A stretch of DNA of 64,000 nt from Candidatus Woesearchaeota archaeon. Its GTDB lineage: Archaea > Nanobdellota > Nanobdellia > Pacearchaeales > GW2011-AR1. Position 1 is the first letter of the stretch; every line of letters begins with the position of its first letter. The position numbers and the translations under genes are program-made. The notes beneath the pieces were generated by a model, which was not told the DNA's origin, searched no databases, and saw only the letters and a list, made by a program, of their open reading frames with translations. Location of the stretch: positions 115,973 through 179,972 of the forward strand of contig CAZDXC010000001.1 in the NCBI GenBank assembly GCA_964509675.1. The letters are read 5' to 3'. Positions 8,997-17,676 of the stretch are shown here, piece after piece.

Positions 8997-11186
8997 CTAT
9001 TGATTTTCTGCAAGTCCCTTCCTGTCCCTTATCTTTCTGATAACATCTGCCTGCAGTCCAAAAGGAACACGTTCAAATAACTGATCATATAACGAACTCA
9101 CCCCTCTTCCTTCTGTTGCGCTTCTTAAGTCATTGCTCCATCCAATCATTTCTGCCACAGGAATTTTTGCTTTTATTGACGTTTCCATTTCTTCCTGTTT
9201 TACTTCTAAAAGTTGTCCTCTCTTGCTTCCTACTAATCTCGTTATTGCGCTTAAAAATCTGTCAGGAATTTCAATTAAATGTATTTGAACAGGCTCTAAA
9301 AGGCATGCATCTGCATTTCTCATTGCTCCGGTTATTGCTTCCCTCACAGCAGGGTAAACCTGTGCCGGACCACGATGGATAGCATCCTCGTGAAGTTTAA
9401 TGTCATCCAATGAAATTTTCATCTTAGTGCATGGCTCTCTTGCCAAAGGTCCCTTGTTCATAACCATCTCAAAAGCATCTAATATCATTTCAATTACTTC
9501 TCCTATATGAACTTCTCCTTTTGTGTTGTCAAAGAAAATATTTCCTTTGTAAATATCCCTTATGTTTCTTACAACATCATTGCTCCAGTTAAATCTCGAG
9601 AATTTGGTTGCAAGTTCCTGGCTTTTTTTCTTGATTCTTCCTTCTGGAATTTCTCCGTTTTTTATTGCTTCATGGACATCATCTTCAAGCGGCTCAACAG
9701 AGATAAAGAAACTATTGTGCTTGTTCGGGCTTCTTCCTTCTACTTCATCCGATTTTTTATTTACAGTTTCTCTGTAGACGACAATAGGAGCAGAAGTTTT
9801 GACATCAAGTCCTTTTTCTGTCTTTATTCTGTTTTCGATAATTTCCAAATGCAATTCTCCCATTCCGCTTATCAGGGATTCTCCTGTCTGCTCGTTAATT
9901 TCCACTTTAATAGAAGGGTCTTCTTTTGCAACTTGTTTTAATATCTCAACAAGTTTGGGCAAGTCCATCATTTTTTTTACTTCAATGGATTTTGTAACAA
10001 CAGGCTCAAAAATATGCTTCAGTTCTTCAAAAGGTGTTTCTGGCTGGAGTGTTACAGTTTCTCCGGCTTCTCCTGTAACTCCTGAAATTGCAAGAACATT
10101 TCCTGCCCCGATTTCTTCAATTTGCTCTGGCCTTATTCCGTTGTATACAAATATCTGCTGAACTTTTTGTTCTTTATTTGCAAGATTGAGATGAACCTGC
10201 ATTCCGTTTTTTATCGTACCAGAAAAAAGTCTTCCTGCAGAAATTTCTTTTCCGCTTCTAGGATCGACAACAATTCTTGTTATTACAAATGCTATTTCTC
10301 CTTTTGAATTGCATTTCAGCAAATCTTTTCCAAGTTCGCTGTCCAATTCTCCGTGCCATATTTTTGGAATTCTGTATTTCTGAGAATCCAGAGGATTGGG
10401 AAGATGCTTGACTACCATGTCCAATAGAACCTCATACAACGGAGCATTTTTCCAAACCCATTCTTTTCTTTCCTGCTCTCCCATATCATAAAGAGCAAAA
10501 ATATCTTTGAAATTTATTCCTTTCTTTTTCATGAAAGGAACAGACAATGCCCAGTTCTCTCTTGCACTTCCGAATGCAACACTTCCGTCATTAATATTAA
10601 CAAGCCATTTTTCCTTGAATTCAGGTTCTGCAATTTTGGAGATGAGCTCATTGAATTCCCTGATTATTTTGACAAACCTCTGTTGCATGCTTTCAGGAGT
10701 CAGTTTCATCTCTTTTATCATCCTGTCAACTTTGTTTATGAACAAAACAGGCTGGACTCTTTCTCTTAGTGCCTGTTTAATGACTGTTTCTGTCTGAGGC
10801 ATTATTCCTTCCACGGCACAAACCAAGACAACAGTTCCGTCAATTGCTCTCATCGCCCTTGTAACATTTCCTGAGAAATCCACATGCCCTGGGGTATCAA
10901 TAAGATTAATCAGGTATTCTTCTCCGTGAAAATTATGAACCATTGAAACATTTGCAGCATCTACTGTCATCAATCTTTCCTGTTCATCTGTATGCTGCCA
11001 TGTTGCCATTCCTGCCTTTAAATCTCCTGCACTTTTTGCAGCCATGTATCCGGAAGCAGCCAAAAGATTATCAGTAAGAGCTGTTTTACCATGGTGAATA
11101 TGCGCGCTTGTTGCTATGTTTCTGATATTTTTTTGATTTTTGCTGATTCTCTGTATTTTTTCAAATTGTGATTCTTTCTCTGCCAT
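8997..11186 (-). CDS. fusA: translation elongation factor 2
   Basis: GTPase motifs AHIHHGKT and DTPGHVDF, and a diphthamide loop variant DAIHRGPAQ. The 729-aa length is typical of aEF2. Confidence 0.95.
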   Translation of the reverse strand: MAEKESQFEKIQRISKNQKNIRNIATSAHIHHGKTALTDNLLAASGYMAAKSAGDLKAGMATWQHTDEQERLMTVDAANVSMVHNFHGEEYLINLIDTPGHVDFSGNVTRAMRAIDGTVVLVCAVEGIMPQTETVIKQALRERVQPVLFINKVDRMIKEMKLTPESMQQRFVKIIREFNELISKIAEPEFKEKWLVNINDGSVAFGSARENWALSVPFMKKKGINFKDIFALYDMGEQERKEWVWKNAPLYEVLLDMVVKHLPNPLDSQKYRIPKIWHGELDSELGKDLLKCNSKGEIAFVITRIVVDPRSGKEISAGRLFSGTIKNGMQVHLNLANKEQKVQQIFVYNGIRPEQIEEIGAGNVLAISGVTGEAGETVTLQPETPFEELKHIFEPVVTKSIEVKKMMDLPKLVEILKQVAKEDPSIKVEINEQTGESLISGMGELHLEIIENRIKTEKGLDVKTSAPIVVYRETVNKKSDEVEGRSPNKHNSFFISVEPLEDDVHEAIKNGEIPEGRIKKKSQELATKFSRFNWSNDVVRNIRDIYKGNIFFDNTKGEVHIGEVIEMILDAFEMVMNKGPLAREPCTKMKISLDDIKLHEDAIHRGPAQVYPAVREAITGAMRNADACLLEPVQIHLIEIPDRFLSAITRLVGSKRGQLLEVKQEEMETSIKAKIPVAEMIGWSNDLRSATEGRGVSSLYDQLFERVPFGLQADVIRKIRDRKGLAENQ

Positions 11187-11458
11187 TATCTTAACTTAAT
11201 TGATTTAATCTGATTATAGTGCCTTGGAATTCCAAAACAACCGAAGAATATTCTGTCGCATATCCAGTCACTGACACAGGTAGTTGTTTTTTCATAACCA
11301 ATTTCAACCCATTTTCCTATGTAATTCGCTATGTCTTTTGGTATCTCCGTGCATGTTATTCTTCTAAAAAACTTTTCTTCATTAACTACCACTTCCAAGT
11401 CTCTAAATGCCCCGAATTTTCTCCTTGCACTTTGTAATACTCCTATTTTCTTTTCCAT
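11186..11458 (-). CDS. hypothetical protein, translationally coupled to fusA
   Basis: A 90-aa ORF whose stop overlaps the fusA ATG as TAATG (11184-11188). Confidence 0.45.
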   Translation of the reverse strand: MEKKIGVLQSARRKFGAFRDLEVVVNEEKFFRRITCTEIPKDIANYIGKWVEIGYEKTTTCVSDWICDRIFFGCFGIPRHYNQIKSIKLR

Positions 11459-11792
11459 TTTTAAGAATAATTAATCATAATAAATTTGATTTAAAAATCT
11501 TCGCCTTATTTTTTAGAGATTTATTCATTTTGTTAATAATTAAAATATTAATCAGAATCATCAATGGATGTCCTATATTCTTCAGACGGAAAAATATTTC
11601 TTGTAAGAGGAAAATCTGAAACCAATGTTTGAAGATTTTTTTGGACCTCTTCTGGAAGTCTTTTTAATTTTTTATAGATTTCCTCGGCACATCTTTCAGA
11701 TTTTTTCGATAAGTCAACTTTTATTGTATACATTCAACCCTCTTTAATATATAATTTTTTTTCTTTATAAAAATTTATGTTTTTAGAATAAG

Positions 11793-12119
11793 TTATAGTA
11801 TTCCATCCATTATTTTTTCTCTAATTCCAGAATACTCACAATATGTTTTTTCTAAATCGTTTTTAGTAAATCCTTCTTGTAACATTTCTGTCTCTGTTAC
11901 AAAAGATTCATATCTCATCTCTTTATTATTGCGGGTTACATCAATAACGTCAATATAATCTTCATCTACATTTATACTTTTTACAATAGCTGGATGATAA
12001 TCAAAATCTATTACTCTAGGAACTCGTTCCCAAACAAAATCTCCTTTGGAAATTTGTTCAAGACGTTTTTTCTCTCTTTCATATCTTTCTTTAATTTCTT
12101 CGAATTTCTTTTTCTTCAT
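11793..12119 (-). CDS. hypothetical protein inserted between rps7 and fusA
   Basis: A 108-aa charged ORF on the same strand as the operon. Confidence 0.4.
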   Translation of the reverse strand: MKKKKFEEIKERYEREKKRLEQISKGDFVWERVPRVIDFDYHPAIVKSINVDEDYIDVIDVTRNNKEMRYESFVTETEMLQEGFTKNDLEKTYCEYSGIREKIMDGIL

Positions 12120-12180
12120 ATAATTATGAAATAAAGTTATTTTTAAAGATTATTATAAATAAATGTATAGGATTAAAAGT

Positions 12181-12792
12181 TTATCTCGCAGAATCAGCCT
12201 GTTTCTCAGATTCATTTTTTTTCCGGATTGCAAAACTTTCTCCGTTATTTTCAGATGCAAGCATGATTTCTTCTGCCAATCCTTCTCTCAATGTTTTCTT
12301 TTTATTGAAAGCCCTGTCTGATGCTCCGTGAACAATCCATCTCAAGGCAAGATTAACTCTTCTCAATGGAGACACATCAACTGCCTGAGGATATCTTGCT
12401 CCCCCATATTCAATGACTGTTATTTCATCTCTGGGAGCAGAGTTTTCAATTGCTCTCACAAGAACTTCAACAGGATTTTTCCCTGTTCTTTTTTCTATTA
12501 ATTTTAATGTGTCAAGAACAATCATCATATTTTTTGAATACTTTCCTGTTGATAATCCTTTGATTATTCTGTGCTTTTTCCCCCTGTGTCCTGCAACTGC
12601 AATTCTGTTCATCAGCCTTTCAACAATGTTAACTTTTGTTTGCCCGAATTTGTTTGCATTTTTTCCGTGGCTTTTAAGAATTAACTTTGGCTGAAGATTT
12701 ATCACTAACTTCAATCCGAAGTCATTTACTTCAATTCCTGAGATGTCATACAAATCAAATATCTTGAACATTGGAATAGTTTTTTCTGTCAT
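12181..12792 (-). CDS. rps7: ribosomal protein uS7
   Basis: A 203-aa ORF at the conserved position after S12. Its conserved core RIAVAGHRGKK..NMMIVLDTL..AIENSAPRDE matches the archaeal S7 family. Confidence 0.9.
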   Translation of the reverse strand: MTEKTIPMFKIFDLYDISGIEVNDFGLKLVINLQPKLILKSHGKNANKFGQTKVNIVERLMNRIAVAGHRGKKHRIIKGLSTGKYSKNMMIVLDTLKLIEKRTGKNPVEVLVRAIENSAPRDEITVIEYGGARYPQAVDVSPLRRVNLALRWIVHGASDRAFNKKKTLREGLAEEIMLASENNGESFAIRKKNESEKQADSAR

Positions 12793-12793
12793 T

Positions 12794-13009
12794 TTAATAT
12801 CTTGATAATCCGTTATATACCTCCTCTGCTTTTTCTAAATCAACCATTTTTTCAAAATAAAAAGAATGTGCCTTGCTCCAGTCTATTTCTCTTGCATTCA
12901 CATCAACAGAATCTGAGATCTGTGCAACATTAAATCTTCTTAATGAATCATCAGATACTAATAACATAAGTTCATCAGTTATGAGTAATTTTTTTTCTAA
13001 TATTTTCAT
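12794..13009 (-). CDS. hypothetical small protein inserted between rps12 and rps7
   Basis: A 71-aa ORF whose stop lies 1 nt from the rps7 start. Confidence 0.4.
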   Translation of the reverse strand: MKILEKKLLITDELMLLVSDDSLRRFNVAQISDSVDVNAREIDWSKAHSFYFEKMVDLEKAEEVYNGLSRY

Positions 13010-13055
13010 TTTATCTTATTTGAATTTTTCCTGAAATTTAAATGTGATTTCATTT

Positions 13056-13478
13056 TTAACGCCTGCCTTTCTCTATCTTGCCTTTCACTAACAAATGCAG
13101 GGGCTGGTCATTTACTTGGACTACTTTGAATCTCACGCCCGGAATATCTCCCTTACTTCTTCCTTGTTTTCCTCCGATTCTTTCAATCATAACTTCATCA
13201 TGTTCATCAATGAATTTTTGTGCGAGATTTCCTGGAATGAATGCTAGCACTGTTTTACCGTTTTTTTTGAGCTGAACTTTGCAACATTTTCTCATTGCTG
13301 AATTTGGCTGTTTTGCTTCTTTCTGAACTTTTTGCAGGACAATTCCTTTTGCTTGGTTTGCTCCCTCAAGAGGATCTGCTTTTGCATAAAGATTAAGAGT
13401 TTTCACTTTGAATTTCCTGTCTTTCCACTGGAATTTTTTCCTGTTTTTCATTAATTTTTTCGCGTTTTTTAATCCCAT
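13056..13478 (-). CDS. rps12: ribosomal protein uS12
   Basis: [13 protein letters not shown] and the [13 protein letters not shown] region are universal S12 hallmarks. Confidence 0.95.
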   Translation of the reverse strand: MGLKNAKKLMKNRKKFQWKDRKFKVKTLNLYAKADPLEGANQAKGIVLQKVQKEAKQPNSAMRKCCKVQLKKNGKTVLAFIPGNLAQKFIDEHDEVMIERIGGKQGRSKGDIPGVRFKVVQVNDQPLHLLVKGKIEKGRR

Positions 13479-13512
13479 TTTTCAATGTCTAGCGATGCGT
13501 ATGCGTAATCCC
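13479..13512 (-). promoter_or_regulatory. conserved GC-rich leader element (copy A) immediately 5' of the rps12 start codon
   Basis: Plus-strand TTTTTCAATGTCTAGCGATGCGTATGCGTAATCC contains the shared core ATGCGTATGCGTAAT. It abuts the ATG on the coding strand as ...CATTGAAAAATG. Confidence 0.5.
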
Positions 13513-13577
13513 TTTTTAGTCCCATGATTATTCATAAAGAAATTAGTTTTTAAATGTTTTCAGAAGAATCAGAGGAA

Positions 13578-13991
13578 TTACACAATTCTCAAATCTTTCC
13601 CAAAAAAATCCTTCACAATTTTTTTCAACTCTATTAATCGCCTTTTGTTTCTTCCGATTAATGCAGCCTTGTTTTGAATTCCTGCTGTGAGAATTATCTC
13701 ATCATCTTTTATTTCCAAATCTTTGAATGTAAGCGGACGAACAATATTTTCTATGAATTGTTTTGCATTATGAATTCCTTTAGGACTTGGAATGACTCTT
13801 ATTTTTTTCCCCAAAATCTCGCTGATTTTTTTTACGTTCTTTCCTCCCTCTCCTACAGCTCTTATGACAAACTCTTTTGGAACGCAAAATATTATTGTAT
13901 CATTGTATTTTATACAAAATCTCGTTCGTATCTTTGTAATCTGGTTAAAAAGATTCAGATGCCTCATATCCTGCATGTTTATCGTATTCAT
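13578..13991 (-). CDS. nusA: archaeal NusA-like KH-domain transcription termination factor
   Basis: A 137-aa two-KH-domain protein (VIRAVGEGGKNVKKI ... LIGRNKRRLIELKKI) in the conserved position between rpoA and rps12. Confidence 0.8.
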   Translation of the reverse strand: MNTINMQDMRHLNLFNQITKIRTRFCIKYNDTIIFCVPKEFVIRAVGEGGKNVKKISEILGKKIRVIPSPKGIHNAKQFIENIVRPLTFKDLEIKDDEIILTAGIQNKAALIGRNKRRLIELKKIVKDFFGKDLRIV

Positions 13992-14047
13992 CTTTTTTTA
14001 TAAGTGTTGTAGAATAATTTGTTTTATAAATTTAATTGTTTCAGAAA

Positions 14048-17000
14048 TTATTTATTCGTGTCTTCAACGATTTTTTTCTTTGCTATTTTCTTTTCTTCTT
14101 CTTTTTTTATTAATGGACCTACAACTTTAACCATCAAACCTGGAAGCCCGGTTCCAACAGGAACAGGCTGATTCAGCATTATGTTTTCTATGACACTGAC
14201 AAGTCTGTCTTTGCTTCCTTTTATTGTTGCATTGATAAATTGTTTTCCGGGAGTTTCAAATGTTGCCCTTGCCAAGATTGAAGATTTTTGTGCTATAATT
14301 CCCATTCTTGTAACTCCTTTTATTTCTCCTGTATTTGTCATGGCATCTGAAATGAGTTTTAGATGTCTCTCATTAATGTCCAATCCCTGCGTGTTTATTA
14401 CATTATAAATTTCATCCATTATTAATTGTCTTGCAACTTCTATTCCAAATGTGTCAGCAACTTCATACAAGTCATTTGAAATAACTCTGTCAGAATCAAC
14501 TTCTTTTAATTCGATTATTTTTTTCAAATTTGTTCCGAGAGTCATTATTATGTAATCTCTGTCTTTCTTAACTATAAGAATCTGCTTAATTCCCTTAATA
14601 CCAGAGATTATTGTTTTTTTTAGTTTTTCTTTAAGCTGATAAATTTCTTTAAAACTGAACTCAGAAGCGTTTAGAGTTATTGAATCTGATTTTTCCCTTG
14701 CTTTAAAGCCCAAATCATTCAGCCTCTCAACAACAGTCTTTATTGAACTGTGAGTTTGCCTTAATCCTGTTTTGTCAATTACTATTTCAATTGTCTTGTT
14801 GCTAAAATTGAGATTTATCTCAGAGGCAATTTCTCTTAATGTTACCTCTTTGATTTTCTCGGCAAAAACTTTGGCATTTTTTTCATTGTTGTATTCTTTT
14901 TTCAGGAAGATTTCCATTTTCGGAGAAGAAGGTTTTTTCCTTGCATCAAAAATTTCTATTAATCTTGGAAGTCCCATTGTAATCTGCATTTCCTGAACTC
15001 CTGCAAAATGGAATACATTCAATGCCATCTGAGTTGAAGGCTCTCCAAAAGACTGCGCTGTGACAATCCCTATCGCTTCTCCCGGATTAATTTGTTTTTT
15101 GAGATGCAGCTTTGAAACATCCATTCCATCATCCCCATATTTAAATTGTATCAGATTATTGTTGCTGTCTCTGACAGTTCCATCGTATTCTATTCTCAAA
15201 TCCTGCAAGGCATTTGCCAGTCTTCTGTACAAGTATCCTGACTTCGGCGTTCTTAATGCAGTATCCATGAGAGAATCTCTTCCTGTAATAGCTCCGAAAA
15301 AGAATTCATCTGGCCTTAATCCTTTTATAAAAGAACTTTTTATAAATCCCCTTGCAGCAGGAGTAAGGTCCCCCTGCCTGAAAAATGATAATGTTCTCCC
15401 ATTATATCCAATGTCAATTCTTTTTCCCCATAAAGCCTGTTGCCCCACACATGAAGCCATTTGAGTAATATTCAGAATATTTCCTCCTCCTCCGGATTTA
15501 ATCATGTGATTCACAGGATTTTCTTTGGGAAATTCTCTCTTGACAATTTCTCCTATCTTTGTTCTTACTTCATTCAGTGCCTGAAGTATCTTTATCTCTC
15601 TTGACTCTTCTTCTGTCTTTCCCGGAATTCTCTCAAGCTCGCCTTTATTGTAGCTTTCTATAATTTCTTCTGTTTTCTTCTCGGCTTTCTTTATTATTTC
15701 TTCTCCTGCATCAATCACGCTTTGATTCAAATCCAAATCTTCAACAGAAATTGTTATTCCCCTGTCTGACAGATATTTGACACCCAAATTAAACACTTTT
15801 CTTATTGTTTCAAATGTTTCATTTGTTCCGACTTTCTCATCAAGGACTTTTATAAATCCCCCGTCTTCGCTTCCGAATAATGTTTTGTCTATTTCTCCTT
15901 TAGTGACTTCTCCATTTCTTATGCTGACAGAATCATTAGAGAAATTTATTTTTGGAAGTATTAATGAAAACATTTCTTTTCCTGTTATGTTCTTTTTTGA
16001 TATTTCCTGATTAATGCCTGATTTGAAAAGGATTTGATTTGCATAATCATTTGAGAATTCCTCTTCTCCAAGAAGATAATTTCCTGTTATTGCGTCTCCT
16101 ATACATCCGATTAAATTTGTGTTATTCTTCGGAGAAATTAAATTTTTCTTTACATCCAAGAGAATTTTTGCTTCTGCCCTTGCTTCTTCTGTCTGCGGAG
16201 AATGTATGTTCATTTCATCCCCGTCAAAATCTGCATTATATGGAGTAACCACAGAAGGATGTAACCTGAAAGTTCTTCCTGGAAGCACCTTAACAAAATG
16301 GGCCATCAGGCTTCCTCTGTGCAAACTTGGATGCCTGTTGAATAAAACAACATCTCCGTCCTGAAGATGTCTCTCAACTTTATACCCCGAATCAAGTTCA
16401 TTGATTATTTCTTCTTTCAAGTCAGGAGTTATTTTTTTTCTCTTTCCGTCAGGTCTTATAATATAATTTGCTCCTGGATATTCTTCTCCCCTCTCAATTA
16501 ATTCTTTCAGTTTTTCAATATTCAAGTCAGTGACACTTTCTGCAACAGTAACTACCTTTGCAATTTCATAAGGAATTCCTACTTCATTGATTGATATGTA
16601 TGGGTCTGGAGAAATTACTGTTCTTCCCGAATAATTTACTCTTTTTCCAGCAAGATTTTTTCTTATTCTTCCTTCTTTTCCCTTTATTCTTTCCATAATT
16701 GTTTTTAATGGTTGTCCTGAACGGTGTCTTGCAGGAGGTATTTTTGCTACGCTATTGTCAAAAAATGTTGTGACATGAAATTGTAATAAATCCCACAAAT
16801 CTTCTATTATTACTTCAGGAGCTCCTGCATTCAGATTTTCCCAAAGTCTTTGGTTTGCTCTTATAATATCAGAAAGCTTATGAGTAAGGTCATCTTCGCT
16901 TCTCTCTCCTGATTCCAAGATAATGCTTGGTCTTACTGTTACGGGAGGGACAAGAAGCATAGTCAAAACAGCCCATTCTGGTCTGCATGTGGTTGGATTT

Positions 17001-17542
17001 ACACCAATTTTTTTCAATTCTTCGTTTGGAATATTAACGAGCATTTCTCTTATTTCAGTAGGAAAAAGTCTTGTCTTTCCAATGAAAAAACTTGTCGGCT
17101 TATCAAGTTTAATTCTTTCATGCACAGCACCACAATGCGGACATTTCTTTGAATCCTTTGCCTTTTTTGCTCTCTCGCTTGGAGTATATTTTTCCAAATC
17201 TTTGTCAGCAATCAAGAGTTTTCCACACTCTCTGCAAAAACATCTTAATGCCAGTTCAATTAAAGAGACATATTTCAAATGTATTATGGGTCTTGCCAAA
17301 TCAATGCTTCCAGGATGTCCCAAACATTCTTTCAGTCTTCCTCCGCATGTTCTGCATCTCACTCCCGGGTCTATCGCACCAAGACGTAAATCCATCAGTC
17401 CTCCGTCAACAGGATATCCATCTATATTATAAAGTTCAGGCGTGACTATCTTTGCAGCAGAGATTTTCTTGATGTCTTCTGGACTAAACAAGGCAAATCT
17501 TATTTCTTCTACTTTCTTCTTTATTGGTTTTTGTTCTATCAT
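14048..17542 (-). CDS. rpoA: DNA-directed RNA polymerase subunit A, a fused A'+A'' single ORF
   Basis: The N-terminal zinc clamp is CRTCGGRLKECLGHPG and the active site is YNADFDGDEMN. The bridge-helix region is GLRPDEFFFGAITGRDSLMDTALRTPKSGYLYRR and the A''-type trigger loop is GEAIGIVTAQSFGEPSTQMALNVFHFAG. All of these lie in one uninterrupted 1164-aa frame. Confidence 0.95.
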   Translation of the reverse strand: MIEQKPIKKKVEEIRFALFSPEDIKKISAAKIVTPELYNIDGYPVDGGLMDLRLGAIDPGVRCRTCGGRLKECLGHPGSIDLARPIIHLKYVSLIELALRCFCRECGKLLIADKDLEKYTPSERAKKAKDSKKCPHCGAVHERIKLDKPTSFFIGKTRLFPTEIREMLVNIPNEELKKIGVNPTTCRPEWAVLTMLLVPPVTVRPSIILESGERSEDDLTHKLSDIIRANQRLWENLNAGAPEVIIEDLWDLLQFHVTTFFDNSVAKIPPARHRSGQPLKTIMERIKGKEGRIRKNLAGKRVNYSGRTVISPDPYISINEVGIPYEIAKVVTVAESVTDLNIEKLKELIERGEEYPGANYIIRPDGKRKKITPDLKEEIINELDSGYKVERHLQDGDVVLFNRHPSLHRGSLMAHFVKVLPGRTFRLHPSVVTPYNADFDGDEMNIHSPQTEEARAEAKILLDVKKNLISPKNNTNLIGCIGDAITGNYLLGEEEFSNDYANQILFKSGINQEISKKNITGKEMFSLILPKINFSNDSVSIRNGEVTKGEIDKTLFGSEDGGFIKVLDEKVGTNETFETIRKVFNLGVKYLSDRGITISVEDLDLNQSVIDAGEEIIKKAEKKTEEIIESYNKGELERIPGKTEEESREIKILQALNEVRTKIGEIVKREFPKENPVNHMIKSGGGGNILNITQMASCVGQQALWGKRIDIGYNGRTLSFFRQGDLTPAARGFIKSSFIKGLRPDEFFFGAITGRDSLMDTALRTPKSGYLYRRLANALQDLRIEYDGTVRDSNNNLIQFKYGDDGMDVSKLHLKKQINPGEAIGIVTAQSFGEPSTQMALNVFHFAGVQEMQITMGLPRLIEIFDARKKPSSPKMEIFLKKEYNNEKNAKVFAEKIKEVTLREIASEINLNFSNKTIEIVIDKTGLRQTHSSIKTVVERLNDLGFKAREKSDSITLNASEFSFKEIYQLKEKLKKTIISGIKGIKQILIVKKDRDYIIMTLGTNLKKIIELKEVDSDRVISNDLYEVADTFGIEVARQLIMDEIYNVINTQGLDINERHLKLISDAMTNTGEIKGVTRMGIIAQKSSILARATFETPGKQFINATIKGSKDRLVSVIENIMLNQPVPVGTGLPGLMVKVVGPLIKKEEEKKIAKKKIVEDTNK

Positions 17543-17555
17543 TTTTATTTTTTAT

Positions 17556-17676
17556 TTCAGTGTTTCGCGAAGTTTTGTTTTGTCTCGCAATGCGTATGCG
17601 TAATGTGTTGTTTTGTCTCGCAATGCGTATGCGTAATGTGTTGTTTTGTCTCGCAATGCGTATGCGTAATCGCTAT
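17556..17676. repeat. three tandem 35-bp direct repeats (TTGTTTTGTCTCGCAATGCGTATGCGTAATGTG) filling the rpoB-rpoA spacer
   Basis: Copies lie at about 17573-17608, 17609-17643 and 17644-17676. The last copy ends in AATCGC and overlaps the rpoB stop codon. The TTTCAGTG leader module sits at 17556. Confidence 0.8.

Noticed and set aside
9116-10797. Multiple plus-strand ORFs (9116..9382, 9507..9941, 9799..10161, 10507..10797 and others) inside fusA. Similar antisense ORFs occur inside rpoA, rpoB, nrdJ, copA, iscS, dnaG and tuf.
   Set aside because: They are antisense to strongly supported conserved genes. They have low-complexity Ser/Phe/Leu-rich translations typical of AT-rich reverse frames and no motifs.
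17556-17676. Possible CRISPR array.
   Set aside because: There are only three repeats. The inter-repeat sequences are themselves identical (a simple tandem repeat), there is no leader or cas gene, and the unit is shared with single-copy leader motifs elsewhere.
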